A DNA stretch of 64,000 bases from Gemmatimonadota bacterium (GTDB lineage: Bacteria; Gemmatimonadota; Gemmatimonadetes; Gemmatimonadales; GWC2-71-9), in NCBI GenBank assembly GCA_036679645.1, contig JAZDCY010000011.1:64001-128000 (forward strand). Direction: 5' to 3'. Numbering within the stretch: position 1 is the first letter of the stretch; every line of letters begins with the position of its first letter. The notes under the pieces were generated by a model. That model saw only the letters and a program-made list of their open reading frames with translations, was not told the origin of the DNA and searched no databases. Made by a program: the position numbers and the translations under genes. Of the stretch, positions 10,703-20,974 are shown one piece after another.

Positions 10703-11808
10703 TCGACCAAGCGCAACGGCATGACGAGACAGAGATAGGAGGCGGGATCATCCCACCCAGCCGGCTCGAGCGTGACCGCCCGTTCCGGTGCCTTCATCGT
10801 GATCCGCACTTCATCTGTGGGCATGAACTTCAGGATCTCGAGCAGGTACGTGGCATTGAACCCGATCTCCAGCGCTTCTCCCTCGAAAGCCACCGACATC
10901 TCATCCTGGGCTTCGCCCAGATCTGGTGTGCTCACCGTGAAACGCAGCATTCCCGCGTCGAAGGCCAGCCGGACGCGGTGCGTCTGGTCACTGGCTACGA
11001 CCCCAACCCGCCGGAGCGCCGCACCGAAGGCCTGTTTGTCGACCGTCGCCTCGCGGTCGTTTTCGCGCGGGATGACCTGCTCGTAGTTGGGATACGGTCC
11101 CTCGATCAACCGTGTAAAGACCACTGTATCCCCACTCCGGAAGCCCAGGTGGTTATCGCTCCGGGCCATCTGGATTTCGTCGGAGACGTCAAAGAGGCGA
11201 CGGATCTGCTCCAGGGCTTTCGGGGGAACGATGAGATCGGCCGAGGTCGTGCCCCCGGAAACCGGTACATCCATGCGCGCCAACCGGTGACCATTTGTCG
11301 CAACCATCCGCATCTTGTCTTCCCGCAGCTCCCAGAGAACGCCATTCAGGATCGGCCGGCTCTCTTCGCTCGATGCAGCGAATGCCACGTGGCTTATGAG
11401 CTTTTGGAGATCCGCAGACGGTATGGTCCAGGATTCGTCGAACGAGACGGGCGGGAAGCTCGGGAACTCGTCCCGTGGGATACCGAGCAACTTGAAGCGT
11501 GAGCGCCCACATTCGAGGCTAACGCGCTGTTCACCAGCTCCTGTCACCCTGATCGCCGCACTCGGAAGCTCACGCACAATCTCCACCAGCTTTTTGGCCG
11601 GTAGAGTGACGGCCCCTTCGCTATCCACCTCGGCGGGCACCTTCGTGGAAACGGCAATATCCAGATCCGTACCGGAAAGACGGATACCACCCTCCACCGC
11701 CTCAACGAGGATATTCGACAGCACGGGAAGGGTAGTCTTGGTCGGGACGCTAGCGGCGACCGCAACGAGACCTTCCTGGAGTTTTTCTCTCGTGATCGTG
11801 AACTTCAT
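10699..11808 (-). CDS. dnaN: DNA polymerase III beta sliding clamp
   Basis: 369 aa; LSGTDLD, VATNGHRLA, GPYPNYEQVIP, LVMPLR. Confidence 0.99.
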   Translation of the reverse strand: MKFTITREKLQEGLVAVAASVPTKTTLPVLSNILVEAVEGGIRLSGTDLDIAVSTKVPAEVDSEGAVTLPAKKLVEIVRELPSAAIRVTGAGEQRVSLECGRSRFKLLGIPRDEFPSFPPVSFDESWTIPSADLQKLISHVAFAASSEESRPILNGVLWELREDKMRMVATNGHRLARMDVPVSGGTTSADLIVPPKALEQIRRLFDVSDEIQMARSDNHLGFRSGDTVVFTRLIEGPYPNYEQVIPRENDREATVDKQAFGAALRRVGVVASDQTHRVRLAFDAGMLRFTVSTPDLGEAQDEMSVAFEGEALEIGFNATYLLEILKFMPTDEVRITMKAPERAVTLEPAGWDDPASYLCLVMPLRLVD

Positions 11809-12042
11809 AGCGCTTCCTGCGCGGAGAATGTTTGTAATACTACTCTAATTTATTTATCTAGACGTAGTAGTAGAGGGTCTGGAAACCTTAGTGCTTTTCA
11901 TAACCCTTTCAGGTGTCATGAGATCCTAGCACAACCGCGTGTTAGTTGTCGTTGCACCCGTGTGGATGAGTGTGCTCGCGCAGTGTAGGCTTGCACACTT
12001 ACCGACACGATGTGAACGCGTCGTGTATTACGGTGCGGATAA
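11809..12042. other. oriC: Probable oriC (dnaA-dnaN intergenic)
   Basis: AT-rich tract 11830-11860; TAGTAGTAG DnaA-trio-like run 11865-11873 next to a G-rich patch; DnaA-box-like TGTGGATGA 11961-11969 and TGCGGATAA 12034-12042. Confidence 0.8.
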
Positions 12043-13407
12043 CTCCTGTCGGGCCAGATAGACGCGCTCACGGAACTGCCGATCATGCGCCATTTCCCGC
12101 GTGACCTTGCCGACGCTGTGAATGACCGTGGAATGATCCCGTCCCCCAAAGGCATGCCCTATTTCCACGAGCTGCAGGCCCAGCAGATCGCGCGCGAGGA
12201 ACATCGCCACTTGACGGGGGACGGTCAGCGTCTTGGTGCGGGCCTTCGACCTGAGGCCCTCGGGTGTAACGCCCCAGCGCCGGGCCACCACCTCCTGGAC
12301 GCGATCGACGCTCGGTACCGACGATCCGACTGCGTCACGGTCTCTCTCAGCCCGCCGGATCTTGTCTGAGAGCGCCTCACGCGCCAGCTCGATCGAGATT
12401 TCCCGGTGCTTCAGTGAGGCGTAGAGTAAGAGCTTGATGATGCAACCCTCGAGTTCGCGCACCGAGCTGCGGACGTACTCGGCAATGAACAGGAGTACGT
12501 CGTCTGGGATCGTCAATTCCAGATGATCCTGCTCGGCCTTCTTTCGTAGAATCGCTATGCGGTGCTCGAGGTCCGGCTGACCCACATCGGCGACCATCCC
12601 CCACTCGAAGCGGCTCACCAGACGCGACTCCAGGCCGGGAATCCCCTTGGGGGCGCGATCCGACGTCAGTACGATCTGCTTGCCGGCCTCGTGCAGGACA
12701 TTGAAGGTGTGGAAGAACTCCTCCTGGGTCATTTCCTTCCCTTCGAGGAAATGCACGTCATCGACCAGGAAGATGTCGATCTCACTGCGAAAGCGCCGCC
12801 GGAACTCGGGCATCGTGCGGCCGTGGATGCCCTCGATCATTTCGTTGATGAACTGCTCAGCGCCCATGTACACCACCCGGGCGCCCGGTTCCCGCTCCAG
12901 GATGGCGTGGGCGATCGCCTGCATGAGGTGCGTTTTCCCCAGACCGGTCGCCCCGTAGATGAAGAGCGGGTTGTAGGTCTTGCCCGGGGCCTCGGCCACC
13001 GCGTGTGCCGCAGCCGCGGCCAATTCGTTGGATTTACCAATCACGAACGTCCGGAAGTGATACCGGTCGTTGAGCGGCGTGGCGTTGCTGCCGCGCACTG
13101 GCGTGGCGTCGGCAGGCGGACTCACGAAGAAGTCCATCTGGGGCCGTTGGGTGCGCTCCTCCTGCACTTCGAACACCACCTCAATGGCGGTCCCGAGCGC
13201 CTGCGGTGATAGGCGGGTCAGCAGCGCGGCGTGCTTGGAGGCGTTCCATTCGACGGCAAATTGATCGGGGGCCCCGACCACGAGCCGGTCATTCTCGAGC
13301 GCAATAGCCCGCGCCGGCTCCAACCACGTGCGGACGGCTGCGTCGGGGAGTTCATGCCGTGCTTCGGCAATGAGACGGGTCCACGCCTCGTTTGCGGAAA
13401 GCTCCAT
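12028..13407 (-). CDS. dnaA: Chromosomal replication initiator DnaA
   Basis: [35 protein letters not shown]; start taken at MELSANEAW. Confidence 0.99.
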   Translation of the reverse strand: MELSANEAWTRLIAEARHELPDAAVRTWLEPARAIALENDRLVVGAPDQFAVEWNASKHAALLTRLSPQALGTAIEVVFEVQEERTQRPQMDFFVSPPADATPVRGSNATPLNDRYHFRTFVIGKSNELAAAAAHAVAEAPGKTYNPLFIYGATGLGKTHLMQAIAHAILEREPGARVVYMGAEQFINEMIEGIHGRTMPEFRRRFRSEIDIFLVDDVHFLEGKEMTQEEFFHTFNVLHEAGKQIVLTSDRAPKGIPGLESRLVSRFEWGMVADVGQPDLEHRIAILRKKAEQDHLELTIPDDVLLFIAEYVRSSVRELEGCIIKLLLYASLKHREISIELAREALSDKIRRAERDRDAVGSSVPSVDRVQEVVARRWGVTPEGLRSKARTKTLTVPRQVAMFLARDLLGLQLVEIGHAFGGRDHSTVIHSVGKVTREMAHDRQFRERVYLARQELSAP

Positions 13408-13465
13408 CCGTTTTACATGACTGGGTTGGGTGTTCCGACAAGGGCGACCGATGTTACGCCCGCCG

Positions 13466-13474
13466 TGTGGAAAA
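13466..13474 (-). promoter_or_regulatory. DnaA box in the dnaA/rpmH divergent promoter
   Basis: TTTTCCACA on the minus strand matches TTWTNCACA. Confidence 0.7.
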
Positions 13475-13535
13475 GTCAACCTTGACCCACTCAGCGCGGC
13501 GCGGGTAGCTTCTTAAGCTCAACAGAGGACTTACG

Positions 13536-13697
13536 ATGAGGCCAACCTATAGGCCGCGGAACAAGCGGCGTATTCATAAGCACGGGTTCCGGGCGCGCAT
13601 GAAAGACCGCTGGGGACGTGCCGTGCTGAGCCGCCGCCGCAAGAAAGGGCGGAAACGGTTGACCGTGCGACTCCCCTCCAAGCACGGGGCGGCCTGA
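13536..13697 (+). CDS. rpmH: 50S ribosomal protein L34
   Basis: [42 protein letters not shown]; below the ORF-track cutoff; GAGG RBS. Confidence 0.97.
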   Translation: MRPTYRPRNKRRIHKHGFRARMKDRWGRAVLSRRRKKGRKRLTVRLPSKHGAA

Positions 13698-14038
13698 CGT
13701 CCGAGGGCCTCCCTCGGAGTTGGCGAATCACGCGCGGAGATGATCTCAAGGCGGTGCTCAATGCCGATACGCGCCGCCGCACCCCCCGGATGGACATTGT
13801 CTGGCGATCCAACGCGCTCGATCACCCGCGTTTCGGCATCATCGTGCCGCGCTTCGGGCAGACCGCGGTCCGCCGCAACCGGCTCCGCAGACAGGTGCGT
13901 GAATTGACCAGACGGAAGGTGCTTCCACAGGTGCAGTCGATCGATATCGTTATCCGGACTCGACCGGCGGCGTATCGCGTGCCCGTAGCCGCCGTGGCGG
14001 GCGATCTCGAGCAATGGCTTGGTACCCTTCCGCGCTAG
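13694..14038 (+). CDS. rnpA: Ribonuclease P protein component
   Basis: RFGIIVPR and [13 protein letters not shown] (RNR motif); N-terminal [13 protein letters not shown] implies a CTG start at 13694 (first canonical start is GTG 13754). Confidence 0.9.
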   Translation: MTSEGLPRSWRITRGDDLKAVLNADTRRRTPRMDIVWRSNALDHPRFGIIVPRFGQTAVRRNRLRRQVRELTRRKVLPQVQSIDIVIRTRPAAYRVPVAAVAGDLEQWLGTLPR

Positions 14039-14253
14039 CGGGACTTCCCCGTCAGGTCGTCGCCGTGATGATTCGTGCCTACCAGCTCGCGGCATCGCCC
14101 TTCCCGTCACCGTGCCGCTACACGCCAACCTGCTCCACCTTCGCGCTGCAGGCCGTCGAGAAACACGGAGCGATCAAGGGCTCGTGGCTGGCGCTGCGGC
14201 GCATTCTCCGCTGTCACCCGTTCGCGCGCAGTGGCTCCGACCCGGTGCCGTGA
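14014..14253 (+). CDS. yidD: Membrane protein insertion efficiency factor
   Basis: CRYTPTCS...RILRCHPF; synteny. Confidence 0.93.
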   Translation: MAWYPSALAGLPRQVVAVMIRAYQLAASPFPSPCRYTPTCSTFALQAVEKHGAIKGSWLALRRILRCHPFARSGSDPVP

Positions 14254-14261
14254 GGTGAGGC

Positions 14262-15965
14262 GTGGATAGGCGATTACTCGTTGCGATTGGGCTGATGCTC
14301 GTCGTTGCGGTGCTGCCCTCGATTCTGTTCCCCCCGGAGCCGCCCACAACGCCTCCCGGCACCGCTGCCGATTCGACACTCGCGACGTCGCCCGACAGCA
14401 GTGCGCCTGCAGCGGCCCAGCGAGAGCGCGACGACGGCCAGGTTGGTGCGGTGACCCCAGCTCCGTCCGCGGCTCGGCAACCCGCGCGCCCGGCGGCCGA
14501 CACCGCCGCGCGCCCTGCTGCGCCCGAGCGCCTCGTGGTCGTCGAGTCTGACCTGTATCGCTACGAGTTTTCGACACGTGGGGGCCGCCTCGTCTCGGCG
14601 GTGCTCTTCGAGTATAGCTCCCTGGCCCCGCGTGATTCGACAGCCGACGGGCGCCATGGAGCGGCGCAGCTGATTCCAGAAAATTCCGAATTCCTGAGCT
14701 ACACCTACGTGACGCGTCAGGACTCGCTTGCGCTGGCGGAATGGGAACTCGAGCCCAATCAGAGTGTGGTCAGCGTGGGTCGGCGCGGGGCCTCGCTGGA
14801 ATGGCGTGGACGCCACGGGACGCAAGAACTCCGGCTGACGTATCACTTCGTTCCGGACCGGTACCTCTATCGGGTAGAGGGCGAGATTTCCGGCGTGGAT
14901 GCCGGCGTCTTACGGGTTGGGTTGGGGCCGCGGCTCCGCTCGATCGATGGCGATACCAGCGCCGACATCCGCGCGTATGGCCTGGTCACCAAGGAAGCGC
15001 GACGGACCGAGCGGCTCAAGTTCAGTTCGCTCGACCCCATGGAGCAGCGAAGACTAGACGGCCCGTTCGAGTGGGTGGCGATCAAGTCCAAGTATTTTCT
15101 CCAGGCCGTGCTCGCGATCGAGGACGGACAAGCGCAGTTCGGGGGCGTGGTTGCCGTCGGCGGGCTGCGGACCGGAAAGCGGGCGACATCGCTGTCCGCA
15201 ACGACGTCACTCTCTTCGCCGAACGGCCAGTTCGCCCACGAGGTGTACGTCGGGCCGCAAGAATTCCGGCGCCTTCAGGCGATCGGCCACGGATTAGAGG
15301 ACGTGAATCCGTACGGTTGGATTCTGCGTCCGATCATCCGCCCGTTCGCCAACTTCATTGTTCGTATCCTGCTGTGGATGCACGAGACGCTGAATCTGGC
15401 CTATGGGTGGGTGCTGATCCTTTTTGGCATACTCGTGCGTCTGGTCTTGTGGCCCCTCAACCAGAAGGCCATGCGGTCGGGCACCGAGATGCAGGCCATC
15501 CAGCCCGAGATCAAAGCCTTGCAGGATCGCTTCAAGGGCATGAAGCTCTACAAGGAGCGCGGGGTGAACCCACTGGGTTCGTGTCTCCCCATGTTGATCC
15601 CGATGCCCGTGCTCTTCGCGCTCTTCTTCGTCTTCATGAACACGATCGAGTTTCGGGGCGTGTCGTTTCTCTGGCTGCCAGATCTTTCACTCGCCGATCC
15701 GCTCTACATCATTCCGCTCCTCATGGGCGTCTCGATGTACGGCGTGTCCAAGATCGGCCAGCGGGGCGTGCCGCCAAATCCGCAGGCCAAGATGATGACG
15801 TACATCATGCCCGTGATGTTCACGTTTCTTTTCCTCAGGTTTTCCTCCGGGCTCAACCTCTACTACGCGGTGAGCAACATCGCGAGCATCCCCCAGCAGT
15901 GGATGATCTCGAACGAGCGGATCCGGAGGTTGGGTAGGCAACCGGCCAAGCGATCTAAAGACTGA
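14262..15965 (+). CDS. yidC: Membrane protein insertase YidC
   Basis: YVGPQ, YGWVLILF, GVNPLGSCLP, SGLNLYY; synteny. Confidence 0.97.
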   Translation: MDRRLLVAIGLMLVVAVLPSILFPPEPPTTPPGTAADSTLATSPDSSAPAAAQRERDDGQVGAVTPAPSAARQPARPAADTAARPAAPERLVVVESDLYRYEFSTRGGRLVSAVLFEYSSLAPRDSTADGRHGAAQLIPENSEFLSYTYVTRQDSLALAEWELEPNQSVVSVGRRGASLEWRGRHGTQELRLTYHFVPDRYLYRVEGEISGVDAGVLRVGLGPRLRSIDGDTSADIRAYGLVTKEARRTERLKFSSLDPMEQRRLDGPFEWVAIKSKYFLQAVLAIEDGQAQFGGVVAVGGLRTGKRATSLSATTSLSSPNGQFAHEVYVGPQEFRRLQAIGHGLEDVNPYGWILRPIIRPFANFIVRILLWMHETLNLAYGWVLILFGILVRLVLWPLNQKAMRSGTEMQAIQPEIKALQDRFKGMKLYKERGVNPLGSCLPMLIPMPVLFALFFVFMNTIEFRGVSFLWLPDLSLADPLYIIPLLMGVSMYGVSKIGQRGVPPNPQAKMMTYIMPVMFTFLFLRFSSGLNLYYAVSNIASIPQQWMISNERIRRLGRQPAKRSKD

Positions 15966-15972
15966 CCGCGGC

Positions 15973-17322
15973 ATGCTCACCGATGTGATCGCGGCGGTCG
16001 CGACCCCGGGCGGACGCTCGGCGATCGCGCTCATTCGGATGTCCGGAGGCGGGGCGCACAGTGTCGCGGCCCGGGTGCTGGATGCCTTCACCCCGCAACC
16101 GGCCCGAGTCGTGCGACGCACGCTCGCGCGCCACCCATCCTCGGGCGAGCAGCTCGACGACGTGCTCTACACGGCCTTCGCCGGGCCGGCTTCGTATACC
16201 GGCGAGGACATGGTCGAGATCGGAACGCACGGAGGCGTATTGGCGCCCGGTGAGGTGCTCGGTGCGCTCTTGGCTGCGGGTGCCCGGGACGCGGCGCCGG
16301 GAGAGTTTACGCGCCGGGCATTGGCAAACGGGAAGATGGACCTGCTCCAGGCGGAAGCGACGGCGGACCTGGTCGATGCCACGGCCCCCGCCCAACGTCG
16401 CGTCGCGCTTGGCCAACTCGATCGCGGGTTGTCACGACGCATCGACGCGTTGCGGGAACGCGTGCTCGAGATCGAAGCGCTGGTGAGCTACGACATTGAT
16501 TTTCCGGAAGAGGACAGCGGGCCCGTTTCACCGGAGCGCGTGTCGGTCGCTGTGACCTCGCTGTTGCGCGACCTCTCCTCGCTCGTCGGTACCTCCACTG
16601 ACGGGGAGCGCCTACGCGAGGGAGCGCTCTGCGTGATCGCCGGTGCCCCGAACACGGGAAAATCGTCGCTCTTCAATGCCCTGCTGGGTCACGAGCGCGC
16701 GATTGTGACTGACGTCGCCGGGACCACACGGGACGCAATCGAAGCTCCTGCCACCTGTAACGGGTTTCCGTTCCGGTTGATCGATACGGCGGGGCTACGC
16801 GAGAGCGACGACGCGATCGAGCGTCTTGGCATCGAGGTCTCGCGCCGATACCTCGACGCGGCCGATATGGTGCTGTTCTGCGTCGCGGCAGGTAGGGCAC
16901 TGCAACAGGTCGAGCGCGCGTTTGTGTCGGGGCTTTCCGTGCCAGTGGTGGTGGTGGGAACTAAGTACGACCTGGATCCAACGACCGACGAGACGGACCC
17001 GCCGCCAGAGATTGCGGTTTCCGCGCTGACTGGCGACGGCATACCCGGGCTGCGGGAGCGCATGGCCGAGTTGGCTTTCGGTGCGGTGGCGGCGTCGGCG
17101 CAACTCGAACCGGTGCTGACTCGTGAGCGTCACCGCGTGGCGCTCGATAGGGCGCGTGCGGAGGTTGCGGCATTCCGTGAGGCCCGCGATGCCGGACTCG
17201 AAGTGGTCGTCGCCGCAACCCACCTCCGGGCGGCGATCGCAGCGCTCGAAGGGATCATTGGTGTCGTGACGACCGAAGATGTGCTGGATCGCCTCTTCGC
17301 GACGTTTTGTGTTGGGAAGTAG
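15973..17322 (+). CDS. mnmE: tRNA modification GTPase
   Basis: SYTGEDMVEI, GAPNTGKSS, GTTRD, DTAG, C-terminal FCVGK. Confidence 0.98.
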   Translation: MLTDVIAAVATPGGRSAIALIRMSGGGAHSVAARVLDAFTPQPARVVRRTLARHPSSGEQLDDVLYTAFAGPASYTGEDMVEIGTHGGVLAPGEVLGALLAAGARDAAPGEFTRRALANGKMDLLQAEATADLVDATAPAQRRVALGQLDRGLSRRIDALRERVLEIEALVSYDIDFPEEDSGPVSPERVSVAVTSLLRDLSSLVGTSTDGERLREGALCVIAGAPNTGKSSLFNALLGHERAIVTDVAGTTRDAIEAPATCNGFPFRLIDTAGLRESDDAIERLGIEVSRRYLDAADMVLFCVAAGRALQQVERAFVSGLSVPVVVVGTKYDLDPTTDETDPPPEIAVSALTGDGIPGLRERMAELAFGAVAASAQLEPVLTRERHRVALDRARAEVAAFREARDAGLEVVVAATHLRAAIAALEGIIGVVTTEDVLDRLFATFCVGK

Positions 17323-17337
17323 GCAGGCCCTTCCGCC

Positions 17338-17562
17338 TTAGATATCCGTGTCGCCTACTTCGACCGCGATGCGCCAGATTTCGTCCGCCAGCCACTCCAG
17401 TCGCTGCTGTGCGTACTCGAGGTCCGCGGGTGGCATGTTGGGCAGGTCCTTCACGATCCCGCGTACGTGGGTCACGAGTTCGTCGAGCGCCTCACGGAGC
17501 GTGTACTTCTCGCGGCGCTCTTCGGGAATGCGAGGCTTCGTCCTGCGGCCGCGTGGGGTCAC
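17338..17562 (-). CDS. Small conserved hypothetical helical protein (74 aa)
   Basis: GTG start overlaps the upstream TGA (GTGA); YTLREALDELVTHVR...QQRLEWLADEIWR. Confidence 0.65.
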   Translation of the reverse strand: MTPRGRRTKPRIPEERREKYTLREALDELVTHVRGIVKDLPNMPPADLEYAQQRLEWLADEIWRIAVEVGDTDI

Positions 17563-18503
17563 GCGGTCTGGGCTCCGAGCATGCCGGTATCTATCTGCCC
17601 CATCTCCTTTGCGTCCAGTCGTAGCGCTTCCGCTATCCCGCGTGCGTCCACGGCATTCTCCACCATCCGTCGGCCGAGGTAGTATCCGCCCCGTTCGGGG
17701 ATGACCTTGCCACGGACTAGACGCTGCGCGGGGCTCATACCACCGGAGAGGTAGCGCAGCCGCAGCCCCAGTCCGGCTTGGTCCAGTTCCTCCGCGATGG
17801 CACGGTGCAGAAAGGCGTCCAGCTCGCGCAGCCGCCGATACTGGTGGCGGCTGTATCCGAGGTAGTCCCACCGATCGAACCCGGGTGCAACAGTCTCTGA
17901 GCCCGCGACGGCGAGCCCCTCGTTCACCAACAACTCCCGGAGCGATACGCGGGATCCAGTTTCCCAGTAATCGTAGTATCCACCAGCGTCGGCCACGGCC
18001 CGTGCCAGCTCGGCGCGGCTGGTAGGAGACGTATACCGGACCGTGTGTGCGACCTCGTGGGCGACCCAGACGGGAATGAGTTTCGGCGATAGGCCCAGGC
18101 CGAAGGTGTCCGGATTGGGTTTGCCGGTGAAGTGCTCTAGACAGATAAACGCCACACCGCGGTGGCCGACGACGAGTTCTCCGGCATTCGCCGCGCCGAC
18201 CCCGACCATCAAGTAGAGATCGACGGGCCGGTCGATGCGAAAGACGTGCTCGCACGTAGCGAGCGCATCTTCTGCGACGGTCGCGACATCAACCTCATCG
18301 AGCAGACGCAGGAGATCGCGCCGTTGCGCGGTGACGGTACGGTGGATGACTTCGTCGGCGTGCGGGCTGTCGAGATCGAGGACGTAGTTACGCCAGTAAG
18401 CTGACAGCACCTGGCGATGATCGTCGAGATACCTCCGGTAGGCCTCGATAGGGTCGTGCGCGGTGAGCGCGGTGAGAAACTCCGGAACGAGGTTGATGAG
18501 CAT
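17559..18503 (-). CDS. DUF2268-like putative Zn-dependent protease
   Basis: HEVAH zincin motif, NEGLA, GYYLG. Confidence 0.75.
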   Translation of the reverse strand: MLINLVPEFLTALTAHDPIEAYRRYLDDHRQVLSAYWRNYVLDLDSPHADEVIHRTVTAQRRDLLRLLDEVDVATVAEDALATCEHVFRIDRPVDLYLMVGVGAANAGELVVGHRGVAFICLEHFTGKPNPDTFGLGLSPKLIPVWVAHEVAHTVRYTSPTSRAELARAVADAGGYYDYWETGSRVSLRELLVNEGLAVAGSETVAPGFDRWDYLGYSRHQYRRLRELDAFLHRAIAEELDQAGLGLRLRYLSGGMSPAQRLVRGKVIPERGGYYLGRRMVENAVDARGIAEALRLDAKEMGQIDTGMLGAQTA

Positions 18504-18581
18504 GGAGGCGCGCCCCGAATTTGGGACGCGTTACGCGTGCTGACAACCCCTCAATTAGTGATCAGGTGAGCGGCGCGGTGT

Positions 18582-19079
18582 TTAGGGGGCGATCAACTGT
18601 TCCAATCGCTCTGCGTTGCTCGATGTATGCCCAAACAAGACGACGACTTCGAGCGAGTCTGCGTCGGGCGAGGTGCGAATGACGTCGAGGACGATCTGCA
18701 CGGCCTCGTCAAAAGTGAGTCTCCCGAGGCCGGCACCGAGCGCGGGAACGGCGAGACTCGCGACGTCGTGTTCAGCCGCGAGCCTGAGCGCCGACTTCAT
18801 GGCGGCACGCACAGCGTCTCCCGAGGTGCCTTCGTCACCCATGGCCACGGCGTGGATGATGTACCGGACCGAGAGCCGTCCCGCGCCCGTGATCACCGCA
18901 TCGCCGACCGCGGCGATCCCGTGGGCATCGCACGCTTCTTGGATGCTGGGTCCGCCGGCGCGACGAATCGCACCGGCGACGCCGAGGCCCAGTTGCAGCT
19001 GCGTGTTGGCGGAGTTGAGGATGGCGTCGCCTTCGAACGTCGTGATGTCGCCCTGGCGTACGCGAATCCGCGGTGGCAC
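18582..19079 (-). CDS. Macro domain (ADP-ribose-binding) protein
   Basis: QGDIT, NSAN..GVAGAI, IIHAV. Confidence 0.9.
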   Translation of the reverse strand: MPPRIRVRQGDITTFEGDAILNSANTQLQLGLGVAGAIRRAGGPSIQEACDAHGIAAVGDAVITGAGRLSVRYIIHAVAMGDEGTSGDAVRAAMKSALRLAAEHDVASLAVPALGAGLGRLTFDEAVQIVLDVIRTSPDADSLEVVVLFGHTSSNAERLEQLIAP

Positions 19080-19089
19080 GGTGCTCCTA

Positions 19090-19929
19090 CTAGGGCCGGC
19101 GCATGTGCCGGCTCATGTCGTGCAGAAGGCGTCGTTCCGCGATGGTGAGGCTCGACATCCCCTGCTCGGAGATTTTGTCGAGCAGGCGGTCCATCTCCCT
19201 TGCAATCTCGTCGGCGCTCGGCTCTGCCGGCCGCGGTGCGGTGCCCGCCTCCTCGGCCTCGCTCTCGCTCACCTGGTGCGGAACGAGCACAGGTGTCTCT
19301 GTTTCGGCCTCGACGGCAGCACGTACGCGACGATCGACATAGACCTCACCCTTGAGATACAGCAATGCGAAGAGGAACCCACCGAGGTGCGCCACCTGTG
19401 CCACCCCACCGCTCACGCCGGTCACGAGGGGAATCATCTCGAGCGCCACGAGGAGCGTCACGAGGTATTTCACCGGGACGGGTAAGGGAAGGGGAAAGAT
19501 GAAGATGCGCGCATGGGGCCAGTAGAGCGCGAACGCGAGTGCCACTCCGAATGCCGCCCCCGACGCACCGACGAATGCCGTGACGGGCACGAACGGCGAC
19601 AGCGCGAAGGCCATCACCGGTCCGCCCAGGCCGCAGAGCAGGTAGAACCGCGCAAAGGCCGCCCCGCCCATCCGGCGCTCGACTCGCGGCCCAAAGAAGA
19701 ACAACATCAGCATGTCGAACACCAAATGTAGGAATGCCACGTGGACGAACATGTACGTCACGAACGTCCAGGGCTTCCGGGCGGCCTCCAGCGGGCTGAA
19801 CGCGAATAGGTCGGTGAACCAGGTTCCCGTGAACAGCGTGATCGACAGCAGATAAACCACGCCGTTGGCTACGAGGAGCCGGCGCACCCAAGGGGTCAGG
19901 TGGAAGGGCGAGGCTGGCTGCGTTTCCAT
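19090..19929 (-). CDS. Rhomboid intramembrane serine protease with C-terminal DUF6576-like tail
   Basis: GASG and AHLGG catalytic motifs; DRLLDKISEQGMSSLT tail. Confidence 0.92.
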   Translation of the reverse strand: METQPASPFHLTPWVRRLLVANGVVYLLSITLFTGTWFTDLFAFSPLEAARKPWTFVTYMFVHVAFLHLVFDMLMLFFFGPRVERRMGGAAFARFYLLCGLGGPVMAFALSPFVPVTAFVGASGAAFGVALAFALYWPHARIFIFPLPLPVPVKYLVTLLVALEMIPLVTGVSGGVAQVAHLGGFLFALLYLKGEVYVDRRVRAAVEAETETPVLVPHQVSESEAEEAGTAPRPAEPSADEIAREMDRLLDKISEQGMSSLTIAERRLLHDMSRHMRRP

Positions 19930-19945
19930 ATGTGTCTGTACTCCG

Positions 19946-20974
19946 TCAGGGCCGAACTTTGTTCCCCAGGCCCGATCGCGCCAAGGCCAGGCGACAGATG
20001 GTGTCGCACAGGTCCACGAACGTCACGTCGGCCGCCGCGGCCGATTGCGGGAGCAGGCTCGTAGCCGTGAGGCCAGGCAGAGTGTTGGCCTCGAGGCAGT
20101 AGGGCGTCCCGTCGTCGCCGATCCGGAAGTCGATCCGCGAGAAATCCCGCAGCTTCAGGCACCGGTGCACGGCGAGTGCCAGCTGCCGGAGGCGTAGCGA
20201 CAACTTCTCGGGAATCTCGGCGGGGAAGATCTCCTGCGTCATGCCGGGCGTGTACTTGCACTCGTAGTCGAAGATCTCGTGCCGCGGCATGATCTCACCC
20301 ACGCTGAGGGCCCGTTCGCCGAGCACCCCGACGGTAAATTCCCGGTCCGTCAGATACGCCTCGAACATCACCTCATCATCGTACTCACTGGCCAGGTTGA
20401 CGGCCCCCTCGACCTCGTCGAGCGACCGCACGAGCGAGAGCCCGACAGTGGAACCGACCTTCACGGGCTTCACGATAAGAGGCAATCCCAGTCCCGCGAT
20501 TTCCGTCGGCCCCGCCGGCCAGGTGGCCCAGTGTGCGGTAGGGACGCCGGCCTGTCGGAACAGTCGTTTCGCGATGTCCTTGTCCATCGCCAGCGCGGAT
20601 CCCAGAGGACCCGACCCGGCATACGGGATGTCCTCGGCCTCGAGCAGCGCCTGCAACTCGCCACCCTCACCCTGCCGGCCGTGCAACACGGGAAAGACGA
20701 GATCGGCCTCGCGCACCTCGCGCAGCTGTACGAGCCCGGATCTGAGTTCGGACGCCGCGAGCGCCCGGAGGGCCTCGAGACTGGGAGGGTTTGCGCCCAC
20801 GTCCGCTACCAAGTACCGCGACTCCGCCGTCGGCGACATGACCCCAGACGCGGTGTCGATCACGGTGACGCTGTATCCGCGGTCGCGCAAAGCCCCCACC
20901 ACCTGCGCGGCGCCCGCAAACGCGACGTCGCGCTCGGGCGTGGAGCCACCAGTGAGCACAGCGATGCGCGTCAT
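19946..20974 (-). CDS. ddl: D-alanine--D-alanine ligase
   Basis: LTGGSTPER, LHGRQGEGG, AMDKD, EANTLPG. Confidence 0.95.
   Translation of the reverse strand: MTRIAVLTGGSTPERDVAFAGAAQVVGALRDRGYSVTVIDTASGVMSPTAESRYLVADVGANPPSLEALRALAASELRSGLVQLREVREADLVFPVLHGRQGEGGELQALLEAEDIPYAGSGPLGSALAMDKDIAKRLFRQAGVPTAHWATWPAGPTEIAGLGLPLIVKPVKVGSTVGLSLVRSLDEVEGAVNLASEYDDEVMFEAYLTDREFTVGVLGERALSVGEIMPRHEIFDYECKYTPGMTQEIFPAEIPEKLSLRLRQLALAVHRCLKLRDFSRIDFRIGDDGTPYCLEANTLPGLTATSLLPQSAAAADVTFVDLCDTICRLALARSGLGNKVRP

Noticed and set aside
13536..13760. Thermus-style rnpA fully overlapping rpmH
   Set aside because: The rnpA frame has stops at 13550 and 13577.
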